Shown: one piece after another, positions 12,401 to 17,889 of the stretch
How the letters are laid out: each line of letters starts with the position of its first letter
How positions within the stretch are numbered: the stretch's first letter is position 1
Origin: an uncultured Candidatus Peribacteria bacterium
Lineage (GTDB): Bacteria; Patescibacteriota; Gracilibacteria; UBA1369; PNNO01
NCBI GenBank assembly: GCA_964585825.1
Contig: CAZPFH010000001.1
Span: 1-46,813 of the forward strand
Length of the DNA: 46,813 bases
Reading direction: 5' to 3'
The notes under the pieces: model-generated
The model's input: the letters and a program-made list of their open reading frames with translations, nothing else
Told to the model about the DNA's origin: nothing
The model's database searches: none
Made by a program: the position numbers and the translations under genes

Positions 12401-15247
12401 ACACCTCCGGATAAAAACAAACAAATTCTCACTTTAAGCAAAAACACCATTTTACCTATTTCGACACAGTACGCATATGACCTTACATTACGTGTAGCAT
12501 CGGGAAAAGTGGAAATAATTGATAGTCAATCTCAAGAAATCGTAGAAAAAGAATTATCAGCCGGTATGCTTGTAAGCTTTGGCGACTCCATAACCATGAA
12601 AGAAGGATATAGCACTCTTGCATTTATAAACGGTGCCAGAACATATCTTGGCCCGGAAGACACATTGCAATTAGAAGAACTTGTTGATTCAAGCAATCCC
12701 TTCCTCAGTATAGATATACCTGAAGGAAATTACTACGGACAAATTTATTCTTTTGACGAACAAGGAAATAGGAGCAACCCGTCGGAAGTTGAGTTATTCG
12801 CTCCTCAATTGTGTTCGGACAAACAAAAACCTTATGCGGAAGCCGGAAAATCCGAAAAAGAGGTCATTATTTATCAAACACTGGATATTGATGCATCCAA
12901 ATCATTCGACACCGAAGGAAGTATTACAACATATTATCTGGACATTGATCCGGAAACAGATACTGATAATGATGGAGATAGCACAAATGACATAGATATT
13001 ATTAATGAGCCGAAAAACATTCCGCACTTTCAGCTTGGACCTTTTGAAGAAATAGACACGCATACCATAGTTTTAAATGTTTTGGACGAATCCCAAAACC
13101 GAGGGCAACAAACAATTAATATTAACGTTATCATCCCGACCATTACCCTTGACAACGCATCGGCCACAGAAGAAGTGATTACCGGATCCATAGATCCCGT
13201 AGCACAAGATATCCCTCTTGCGCTCATTCGAAATCGAGATGGATTACAAACACAACTTATAACCGAAGAAGCAAATGAAAACGGTATGTATCTAACAGAT
13301 GAAAAAGGCGAGTTCAGTATTCAAAAACTCATTTTTGAAGATACGTTGCTCCTTCGCAATATAGATGGTGATATTATAGCTGAAATAGACGACAAAACAG
13401 GAAGAATAACTATTGTTGACGAGCGCTATTATGTCGATGTGTTGGAAGCGATGCCCCCATCTATGCCAACACGACTTGTTGTAAAAGAAAAATTAACCGA
13501 CTTATTGCTTCTCACTATTTTGCTAATCCCGGATCAAAACACTGATGTAACCATTGATGATAACCAAATCAATTACACCAATGAAACGGTTGAAGAATTT
13601 GAAGGCGTACATATTAAAGATAGCAATATAAATGACACTTTAAACTTAAAACCATTACCGGCTTCAGATCCGAATTTTACCGGAGCCGCTGAGCTTATCG
13701 ACACGTCGACAGACACTCGAATGTCTATTATAGATTCCGGCGGCAATGTCTACTTCTTTGATGAAAAACTTGACTTGCAAATGAAAGCAGCAGGGCAAGC
13801 TGACCCTCTAACAATAGAAATGCTTTATGAAGGGTCGGTTATAAATGAAATGTATTTTGCCATTAACAATAATCGTCCGGCTGAAATTATGGATCGAGAC
13901 GAACTGGATATACCTTCTGAAGGAGACAAGATGTCAGATCAAGATAATGATGGTATGCCGGATTATTTTGAGTTCATGTATGGCTTTGATGCACTCGACC
14001 CAAAAGATGCGCTGCTTGATAGTGACGGTGACGGATTATCTAATCTCGAGGAATTTCGATTGGGAACCAATCCGCATAATGCCGATTCGGATAATGACGG
14101 CTATAGCGATAGCGAAGAAGTTGCTTTTGGAAAAGATCCAACAAAACCGGCAATATCACCGTTTGATGATGTTAACCCTGATCACCCCTATTATGATGCC
14201 ATCTTAGATTTATCACAAAAAAATATATTACGTGCAACAAATGAAAATGGAGGAATATATTTTAATCCGGACACCTTTATTGCCAGAAAAGATTTTACTG
14301 ACATTATCTTGAAAATGCTTTGTATTATACCGCGACCGGAAAGTTATCAGCCACCATCTCTTTTCTCAGACATCACGTACTCGGAAACAGATTATTATTA
14401 CGCAGTAATAAAAGAAGCTGTTTATCAAGGCTTCGTTACGGGATATTTAGGAGAAATTGATGCGGCAACAGGGCTTTCCCCATTCAAACCTGATATTAGT
14501 ATTTCTCGAGCGGAAGCTGTAAAAATTGTATTGGAAGCTCTGGAAAAACAAAAAATTATCACATTACGTGGCATAACTGAAATCGATAATTCCCCATGGT
14601 ATACGCCATATATGCACATAGCACAAGATTTGACACCGATATTGCTTGAAGAAAGTGCTGTTAATGAAACTTATATTGTTACACCCGAAGAAGCGCAGTC
14701 TCCAAACAAACCAATTACCCGAGCAGAATTTGTCGCTATGGCTGACCGAGTATTAAAGGCTTTTGATTGCTATGATATTGATGATGACGGCGATGGTATG
14801 CCAAGTGTGTGGGAATTGGATAATGGACTTAATCCGTTCGATCCAAGTAATGCCACAAACGATCCCGATAATGACGGGTTAACTAATCTGGATGAATATC
14901 GTTTCGGTACCAACCCATTTGACCCCGACACCGATGATGGTGGTATAATGGATGGAATAGAGGTTGAAAGAGGGACCGACCCTCTAGACCCTTCAGACGA
15001 CTTGCCTGACGCAGACGAAGATCTAATCGATCCTTCAGATGACCCGTCTGCTGAAGACACCGATCCGAGAAGTGGCCTTGAAGAAGGCATCTATATACTA
15101 ACTGAGCCATGCAATTCATGTCCATGTATATCAGCAGTCGATCACAAAGCAGATCTGATTCCGGGAGATATTTTCTTTACCGTTATAGGTACACCCGATC
15201 TCTCTACAATATTTACCAAAAGTAACGAACTCATTTATGAAAAATAA
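338..15247 (+). CDS. Giant (4969 aa) secreted, cell-wall-anchored mosaic surface protein (putative adhesin or appendage protein)
   Basis: Uninterrupted 14.9-kb ORF with ATG start and an N-terminal signal peptide. It carries multiple recognisable extracellular modules (TSP3, SLH, Ig-like, FG-GAP, DUF11-like, PKD-like). No internal TM helix was seen. Confidence 0.9.
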   Translation: MKHHYLYKKLQRFVCGMLIPMLLASQLVIPSTVHAQFGNQENPPKQVTSLIAIVVDESLIEDDTPYEGLTTDYPDELGAQTLRDRIYRFARDTQLADPFTRSIILRVDENQNPHDIAQALETLYFKGDQAEETASQLEGVITVGDVPLPVVNKNGFRFVSMLPYSDFAEPAYVYNPTTREFEYNQDTINPKVEAWHGVIKSPSAETEAAFDYASYFDKNHLFHQGHQDFNTFDQELLFADMIWEQEMYDETMGTRYENYIEFMEDIAYRRFSKELIKEIIGEQESEEDLIDEDGDFDLESLSSPDTFAGVPDAHSKIILMSYVAKFNELFKNYLQKANDLVEGTGRYKKYDSIVKLITIKDLHTQEYLRMVNDAVERRVDDIVTPLQGTIPIIETATIGGTVTYDDDTTANLISWNFTNNNIQSYNDPVLGTYDTVYYYGKPAPSLESAEECTLFRGNAELNRLYNRETEDNHSSAEDYGYCYGANAETPERCFPDIASKWIFDEDGSMANEDISPYAKGIGGCYDFRETSRFNTYLSEVASYILALSFASTEAEKDAIPLPGSKYRPVENITLLGSPSISLKDILDIYGGFDGKDNDGDGSIDEADEYNLDYKINANDPYEIGYKLLGNRKNFFVINNPPFDGIKRINLQITQQATDFNQGIDSITYHKEPTVETIQHHLEKGTIDTLPIDDPRYVSFVDQNGVYHEIVYPNTFKADGVANYLQELIDLEDYLMQLPGANSSTIEGALQDVLEAEETKYLDTEKQIMDKTSYEEARDIIWWKNATIDKKHIYAFNRYLDSSYNTYTTENENGYEYFYFTADGNPNEVHFALNKDPTIIEQDPEWLDPESQLDPSLEETLEDDDDNDALSEAIPLAEWIVYLVEYLSELSKLPEGLSFQPACGDGQNNIATAIENLTDEERKEIFGDSNENGIPDGAENTTVLKLRFENNSNMIRTGSTETYDLHVEAQDATGLPNYFDSYTELYLVLSDNESPKARIYGSDSVKLVNGQAVFSINATDIAGDFTARVVSTNTEETITSNVLTITSEARRIRLLTYETQLFEPPSYEEEILKDYLVLDDDEETIATIDANTGKINIIDLEYEVAVFESTANQPMRIAIIETQSGNTMASVSLVPDFSSEDTVTVRDTAFTDQSLTSIEGVQVYDVNQNDNIDIYNDNAVVYIVDNRSEYTKRIAKITPQGDIFLGDEYFIDIANEENTDQPYLFVLEDAAGNDIVQIGIAYRLGSMTTHENLISNINEIIDRFANIAYAQSASEKDTDNDGLNDLEEFILNTNRIDKDTDKDGFNDGEEITYGYDPLKKDTRLFTDLDPQDPSYEAFTTLLLRGIIQQHPDNKVRPQDNITREEFVQMVLGITCTNCSSFSEQTKEEVDNNYDQSPFPDSDIDPNYEYCIKEAKNIDVVSGYEGDQDTGFFKPKYYISRAEATKVTLEAAGIDSTKYIDPAQPWYYRYVMAAQENNIYPHALPQEGFSTWIQSPITRAEFAMMVQKAIKSFDCYVIDDDNDGLPNNFEYYQYNTDPNSADTDGGGLDDLDEILRNKDPFDPSDDLLLDDDNDGMTNQWEEQYNLDPYDPADAYFDDDNDGLVNLEEFNNQTDPLNPDTDGGGVNDGDEVLLQTTDPLDSSDDQDNPSLQSGIHAFGDIIQDTAYRIVEEGEAKEVPNYINNLPADGESRLFLAAEILDENGDININDSSSTIQFSIEDSSTTTVDIEQNQVKALEGVALTQISSTTKAGLVDITASRAGSPLPIETHQVFVEPLEPVQLSVQAQSPVIKAGGLSKTPITITLKDRYGNIVNNDFYEMTVWHDGPGRLDQEADTKKDIDGVQLQSFEGTFYVDLYSAEEPGSIIVHAKVNDLYNTATVDSLEDIEFELSADKEIIRANGEDSVIITARAVDSEGKRIEQFSQSITFDHESKNVGNFIGEKTIPMEEGRASIEFTSSTKKGPLEITASAPGIAPGRLTLTMQANTPVKIKLHPADQKFDASSLQPTEIIAKLYDQYDNFVDHVDDIPINFRITEATQKYAKTDGLTDTVSTEGQASGYIIGNEISGPVHVIASSPGLISGTVELQAIEIIRQEEFIGESPHALYGTMLGGAYGDTQTENYLGGELLFRGTLQAITAMTVPAKLNDSLVTVMPHGGIDITNENQIESKLLPSNGSFIPNRIMLSTPDTQKDVAEIYYQYPGDQSVKIVNDTTTLSNGIYLVPKTNDQQFNFNKSGNKASITVNGLEALSVSQNGSITLNDNNFVIDVSKSGGPFLTLDIGYNNTSVAQIIFAINLNNDISIVDNTFVYQPGYPYAPGIYIKELQPFSTYFIDTMYTTSSTQDPKGAHIGSGDIDMPRDKAPGFSYTSLEDVYESFGVGFDGDNKHSLFFAAGNSVGQSSKPYVSDAAINLGDPTVRIKNEHLAGASGFTDDVGKPLYSSQETIQELMLADYNNDGLDDLIVAFENGNVRLLERQLSAEPYEDKGLLLDLANGIYSAASADFNNDGYDDLLFATQESCIGDEVCIYLFENNEGALNRVHIPLEIEDKISSLIIADVNNDDYPDIITAEFAGNISIFYNENGLINPKGQLLENVGNHISSGTDLKEEVLISYEGMPTEDETTLEDDFDYEYIQLEIGDPSGNNDVDPALQEQLVELGADPADFATPVEVEFIYADADPIFGTADSSKTAVDVNGSSLALDDNIVYTITLTNTSASDIDNIFVSDIAPDLLEINKESIQCLQCEAPPTILETDLTLNPYVITGISIPAGESRTITYESTVISVPDIAIDTNKNYDVEFPKDDYLDIHVRPENNTSGKMLFFYSVSKNPENGRMTYGKYVAEPTPSDPPELPFDDTDLNNNGIPDEIENIAKEQKEGDEDGDGIPNSWDEVNGTLNDVKDIVSNAIQDYTCNGGCLPVPMNKAFFAPGENNNMGASAPPPDSGTPVFVYEPVKIFLSPTLTGNLGNSVCVSGMCWSITVPLLPPDVCDQITGAFGNAMANAGNVVSSLGSSTSLLGGGSGPGGGPSVSGRSNSGGVTGSSVLGNYQASGSSKTNSRIPGFVNIIAGWFAKQLDEVVTKLADLPDLYILYPDPNAFTSGVPPKADFKNLSDVLTYLNKLPILEIEARPITIKIPALSQAEIEKMQTKMKKWVADAKRELERAELKWPCNADQATKQTCIKAVGDVENTINSVEKNIKILEEYKQLPRKILEWREIQTKYLTQVICYIDTIINYMGGYFKKQMLRVKGWTDLITEIKDILGIWEELNNMMKEYIKNCDTCTSDRYTLFQTLVTTLTGALPEIPIIPFPKWPDFYFDFSKIQLGYKIIWPDVTFRPEEIILPNIPPLTLPDLPQINPPIDSLKVGTTLPSIPTLPEPPELPELPDLPPIPMPELPDIPKPPKIPDIAGPIKSGLSAIGKIIKIVCMLKKSILPIPESKLKTHIEALTARSLDGVFPMDLAFNFQSPSLTYPFVEKIKVTSKMDFRLETEKIYESVENVAKQWNEIATDVAEKPQEVSVPEADIEGTLTYVIINEYLKAIALLQHAADIQEQYIDSLPESYHLIANQSYISTDSTVQNRSLEDIKTALKKEDLPDIMNTNTLVSLRQGLIAYVDNQSTLLSEYKYTDIKELIAMEAKATTLGDHLTKRRVADRKPQQISYNPQSEKQESFSEIREYGKRLLALNTNAISDAVVDQETATGAQSGQSIEGLYVYNEETGVNERILMYEGESSLPNHAVIADIDNDSDEDIIYSYGGNIYLKENYEKPKDSMHLMYNATNPTVYTVNDFIPASESVHGFETTYDSGTSTDFGWDSTSSGSIAGYEIIYKDSLNDMDSTTYTPSDKIVVLENIDTKTTVGRINNDIEITAVEGSFTVNGETSSYYGFDDTITTGEDANTRVVITFTDSSQVILGPNTSLTLPSYEPGNFEIIVHYGKAAFKSNFFTNIFLQEGSRVINEEADVVLEYKNGDIIGLDKESYFFASTKSEGIGYVQSLNGKATIKTTPRYTVTSNSSSTKVHNGQVIHVMEDSVFTLTPPDKNKQILTLSKNTILPISTQYAYDLTLRVASGKVEIIDSQSQEIVEKELSAGMLVSFGDSITMKEGYSTLAFINGARTYLGPEDTLQLEELVDSSNPFLSIDIPEGNYYGQIYSFDEQGNRSNPSEVELFAPQLCSDKQKPYAEAGKSEKEVIIYQTLDIDASKSFDTEGSITTYYLDIDPETDTDNDGDSTNDIDIINEPKNIPHFQLGPFEEIDTHTIVLNVLDESQNRGQQTININVIIPTITLDNASATEEVITGSIDPVAQDIPLALIRNRDGLQTQLITEEANENGMYLTDEKGEFSIQKLIFEDTLLLRNIDGDIIAEIDDKTGRITIVDERYYVDVLEAMPPSMPTRLVVKEKLTDLLLLTILLIPDQNTDVTIDDNQINYTNETVEEFEGVHIKDSNINDTLNLKPLPASDPNFTGAAELIDTSTDTRMSIIDSGGNVYFFDEKLDLQMKAAGQADPLTIEMLYEGSVINEMYFAINNNRPAEIMDRDELDIPSEGDKMSDQDNDGMPDYFEFMYGFDALDPKDALLDSDGDGLSNLEEFRLGTNPHNADSDNDGYSDSEEVAFGKDPTKPAISPFDDVNPDHPYYDAILDLSQKNILRATNENGGIYFNPDTFIARKDFTDIILKMLCIIPRPESYQPPSLFSDITYSETDYYYAVIKEAVYQGFVTGYLGEIDAATGLSPFKPDISISRAEAVKIVLEALEKQKIITLRGITEIDNSPWYTPYMHIAQDLTPILLEESAVNETYIVTPEEAQSPNKPITRAEFVAMADRVLKAFDCYDIDDDGDGMPSVWELDNGLNPFDPSNATNDPDNDGLTNLDEYRFGTNPFDPDTDDGGIMDGIEVERGTDPLDPSDDLPDADEDLIDPSDDPSAEDTDPRSGLEEGIYILTEPCNSCPCISAVDHKADLIPGDIFFTVIGTPDLSTIFTKSNELIYEK
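3150..3480 (+). other. Isolated Ig-like (Big_1/invasin-like) domain
   Basis: TVLKLRFENNSNMIRTGSTETYDLHVEAQDATG...VKLVNGQAVFSINATDIAGDFTARVVS follows the pattern of bacterial Ig-like group 1 domains. Confidence 0.4.
4163..5270 (+). repeat. Cassette A: TSP3 repeats, then 3 SLH-like domains, then TSP3 repeats
   Basis: DTDNDGLNDLEE and DTDKDGFNDGEE are D-x-D-x-DG-x-x-D Ca-binding repeats. Three SLH-like units follow (F-x-D...ITREEFVQMVLGI; ...ISRAEATKVTLEAAGI; ...ITRAEFAMMVQKAI). Then come KSFDCY and five more DDDNDG / DTDGGG repeats. Confidence 0.7.
5381..6595 (+). repeat. Array of four tandem Ig-like (Big_1-type) domains
   Basis: Four units of about 100 aa each. They contain ADGESRLFLAAEILDENG, AGGLSKTPITITLKDRYGN, ANGEDSVIITARAVDSEGK and DASSLQPTEIIAKLYDQYDN, each ending in a ...ITAS / HAKV / IASSPG strand. 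Confidence 0.65.
7673..8070 (+). repeat. Three FG-GAP/VCBS-type repeats
   Basis: ADYNNDGLDDLIVAFENGNV, ADFNNDGYDDLLFATQ, ADVNNDDYPDIITAEFAGNISIFYNENG. Confidence 0.65.
8381..8660 (+). other. DUF11-like (conserved repeat) beta-sandwich domain
   Basis: KTAVDVNGSSLALDDNIVYTITLTNTSASDIDNIFVSDIAPDLLEI...ISIPAGESRTITYESTV. Confidence 0.5.
9331..9475 (+). repeat. Gly/Ser-rich low-complexity linker
   Basis: VVSSLGSSTSLLGGGSGPGGGPSVSGRSNSGGVTGSSVLGNYQASGSS. Confidence 0.8.
10331..10525 (+). repeat. Proline-rich (D/E)-L-P periodic segment (polyproline-II-like spacer)
   Basis: PNIPPLTLPDLPQINPP...LPSIPTLPEPPELPELPDLPPIPMPELPDIPKPPKIPD. Confidence 0.8.
12826..13130 (+). other. PKD-like domain
   Basis: KPYAEAGKSEKEVIIYQTLDIDASKSFDTEGSITTYYLDID...HTIVLNVLDESQNRGQQTININV fits the P-x-A-x-AG...LD-x-S-x-S-x-D-x-x-G-x-I-x-x-Y pattern. 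Confidence 0.5.
13937..15070 (+). repeat. Cassette B: TSP3 repeats, then 3 SLH-like domains, then TSP3 repeats (paralog of cassette A)
   Basis: DQDNDGMPDYFE, DSDGDGLSNLEE and DSDNDGYSDSEE come first. SLH-like units follow (FDDVNPDHPYYDAILDL...ARKDFTDIILKML; FSDITYSE...ISRAEAVKIVLEAL; ...ITRAEFVAMADRVL). Then come KAFDCY and DDDGDG / DPDNDG / DPDTDDGG. The 15-nt string CTTTTGATTGCTATG is shared with cassette A (4866-4880 and 14760-14774). Confidence 0.7.
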
Positions 15248-15785
15248 TCGCATACCAAGTATCATCGCTATTCTAATTACTGTAGTATTCTCGTTTCATA
15301 CGGGAATAGTACATGCCCAAGAATCAGATTTAAGTACTAAAGATACGAAATGTGTTGAAGAAATGAAACCGTTCATGGAAGAGAAAACAACTGAATTTCG
15401 TGAATATCTAACGCAACATTTTCAAAGTAAAAAAACAAACACTTCACTTCTTGATCTGGCTTTAAAGCGATTTGAGCTCTACAAAAAAGACCTTCGCGAT
15501 AAATATAAAACATACTTCGCCGAAACCGGAAAAGCCATTTTCAGTGAAACGCACGACAATTTATCATGTAAAAAGAAAATGGATGAAGAAATTCAAACAA
15601 TGGAATTGTTGTTAAAAAGCTACTATAAACAAACATCAAATATTAAAACAAGCACCGCATACATGACAAAATTGCAGCAAATAAACAAAAAACTAGACAC
15701 ATTGGTTTTTAATATCACTCAAATGTTGGGCAAATGGAATTCGCTGGAAAATCGCATTCCATGTTTCGTTAAACAATGCTTATGA
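15237..15785 (+). CDS. Small secreted helical protein P1 (182 aa), C-terminus ...PCFVKQCL*
   Basis: The ATG overlaps the giant gene's end by 11 nt. Signal peptide IPSIIAILITVVFSFHTGIVHA-QE. K/E-rich helical composition with 4 Cys in the mature part. Confidence 0.75.
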   Translation: MKNNRIPSIIAILITVVFSFHTGIVHAQESDLSTKDTKCVEEMKPFMEEKTTEFREYLTQHFQSKKTNTSLLDLALKRFELYKKDLRDKYKTYFAETGKAIFSETHDNLSCKKKMDEEIQTMELLLKSYYKQTSNIKTSTAYMTKLQQINKKLDTLVFNITQMLGKWNSLENRIPCFVKQCL

Positions 15786-16405
15786 AAAACACAATAAAAA
15801 AATGTCTACAAATCGGCATTCTTATCATAACAGTGAGTCTATTCATCTGTTATGCATCGATCATATCACGTGCGAATTCAACTATAAATCCGTACGATAC
15901 ACCGGATAAAACCATTCAAGAAGTTGAGAAATCTTATCATAAACGTATTAATGAAATATTTAACGCCAAGTTAACTCTTTTAAAGCAAGGAGAAGATGGT
16001 AATGGTACAACCGAAATACCAAAAAATGATGAATGTAGCGAAAACAACTACAGTACTTATTGTTTAGCTATGACAGTCGCCAAAGAATATGATCTCTATA
16101 ATGCCGCCCTCGGGAAAAGGAAGGCGGTTACAAATCCGCAAGAAGAAGAAACCGTTGATCAATTGGCACTTCGTACTATCGCCGAACACAATGAAATAAA
16201 AAATGAACTTGATAGATCAAAAAAAGCCCTTGATATAAGCATAAAGACGTATGATGAGCTTTTAGCTGCTTACCGTATGCATTTGCAATATGAAAAAATT
16301 ATTGAAAGTATAACAAAATATAATAAAAAGCTCATTGAGTTCCGGGAAGAAGTTGACAAATTACCCGGAAAATTCATTGATGCTACCACAACACAATGCA
16401 CCTAA
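15782..16405 (+). CDS. Small secreted or membrane-anchored helical protein P2 (about 207 aa), C-terminus ...TTTQCT*
   Basis: ATG 15782 overlaps the P1 stop as ATGA. The track's ATG 15776 lies inside the P1 Gln-Cys codons CAATGC. Hydrophobic N-terminus IGILIITVSLFICYASII. Confidence 0.7.
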   Translation: MKNTIKKCLQIGILIITVSLFICYASIISRANSTINPYDTPDKTIQEVEKSYHKRINEIFNAKLTLLKQGEDGNGTTEIPKNDECSENNYSTYCLAMTVAKEYDLYNAALGKRKAVTNPQEEETVDQLALRTIAEHNEIKNELDRSKKALDISIKTYDELLAAYRMHLQYEKIIESITKYNKKLIEFREEVDKLPGKFIDATTTQCT

Positions 16406-16410
16406 TAACT

Positions 16411-17886
16411 ATGAAAAAAATACTGCAATACATATCGATCATCTTTATTTACTCGTTTATTAGCATAAATGCAGCTTGTGCTGCCACAAGTCCCGTTGAT
16501 GAACTTATTGAGGAGTTTGAAGGTAAATCCAAAACAGCGCTTGCACAAGACATGTATCTGCAGATCTATAAAGATATAAATGATAAACCTAAAGAACAAG
16601 CTGCTAAAAACGTTTCCAGCACTTATTCAATGACTGAAGATCAAATCAATAAGCTTGTTCAAGAAGGAGATTTATCGGCTATTATAAAAGATGATAAAAA
16701 CGCGGATCTAAACAAAGTACTGTTACAATACCAGAAAATAGCAAATGATTACCAACGTACTTTAGAAACGGAAAATATCCGCAGTGAACTTACTATGGAA
16801 ACAAAGCCAAGCGAAGTATTCATGGATGGAGACACATCAAACTCAGAATTTGATATATTATATGATCTAACAATTATTGAAGTTATTTTATTTAATGAAG
16901 CCTCAACTAGTGAATTTGGCGGACAATTTACGGCCCCGGATTTTAATTTTACCGATGAAGAAGAAAAGAAGTTGATTGAAGAACTATTTGATACAACCTC
17001 AACGGATCAAACAACTCAACAAAGCGCTACCCAGAGCGATAACAGCTTTTCCGCTTTACAATGTTTAGGCGAAGAATCAGCGCTTAATGAAGCGCTTTCC
17101 GAATATGAAGATAGACAGAAAACAAACGGTGAAGAAGGAGATTCGTCCAATGAAGACTATCAAGGAGATGAGCCTGTAAATGCGGAAAACTTTCCAAAAG
17201 CGGAAAGCGATCCATGGCCATCAAAATATTTATGTCCTGACGGCGCCTTTTACTGCATAGATATCTCTTTCGATTTAAAAGCGGCAAAAGCACACGGAAA
17301 AACGGATAATTGCATTGCATGTCATGTGCAAAAAATAAATGAATCACTCGATAAATTATTAAGCAAACCTCTATCGGCAAACAAATTAACAGGAAACCTC
17401 TTAGAAGTACCAAAATGTAAGGCCTCGTATAGCAATATACCGGTAAATATGAATATTATTTTGCTTGCGGTTACACCTCCGCGACAAGCAAATCAAGATA
17501 AATATGTAAAATTGGATATCAATAAAGAATGGATAAATCTAAAAGAACGACTTAATGTCTTTTTCTACAATACTGACAACCCTCCACCCGAAACCAAACT
17601 TGAAGATAGAAGTGTCAAAGAGGCACTTCAAGCCGCACCCGATAATCCAAGCCTTAACAATGTTTCGTTACGAGCTTCCAATAGAACACAGCAAACACAA
17701 GAAAAAGTTACCGAAAATGCGGAGACAAAAAAACAAGAGAACAGGACGGAACTGAACAATACTGAATATCAAATGGTTATTAATGAAATGGAAACAATGA
17801 AGCAATCTTTTCAAACTATATTAACGAAATTAAAAGAAATGAAAAAGCCATGCAACAATATCGCCAATAAATCTTATTGCCAATAA
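16411..17886 (+). CDS. Secreted protein P3 (about 491 aa, possibly a lipoprotein), C-terminus ...PCNNIANKSYCQ*
   Basis: ATG 16411 gives MKKILQYISIIFIYSFISINAAC-A, a signal peptide with a non-canonical lipobox-like INAAC. The track's ATG 16396 again lies inside CAATGC of P2. An acidic T/Q-rich middle is followed by a Cys-rich block containing CIACH. Confidence 0.7.
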   Translation: MKKILQYISIIFIYSFISINAACAATSPVDELIEEFEGKSKTALAQDMYLQIYKDINDKPKEQAAKNVSSTYSMTEDQINKLVQEGDLSAIIKDDKNADLNKVLLQYQKIANDYQRTLETENIRSELTMETKPSEVFMDGDTSNSEFDILYDLTIIEVILFNEASTSEFGGQFTAPDFNFTDEEEKKLIEELFDTTSTDQTTQQSATQSDNSFSALQCLGEESALNEALSEYEDRQKTNGEEGDSSNEDYQGDEPVNAENFPKAESDPWPSKYLCPDGAFYCIDISFDLKAAKAHGKTDNCIACHVQKINESLDKLLSKPLSANKLTGNLLEVPKCKASYSNIPVNMNIILLAVTPPRQANQDKYVKLDINKEWINLKERLNVFFYNTDNPPPETKLEDRSVKEALQAAPDNPSLNNVSLRASNRTQQTQEKVTENAETKKQENRTELNNTEYQMVINEMETMKQSFQTILTKLKEMKKPCNNIANKSYCQ

Positions 17887-17889
17887 TAT

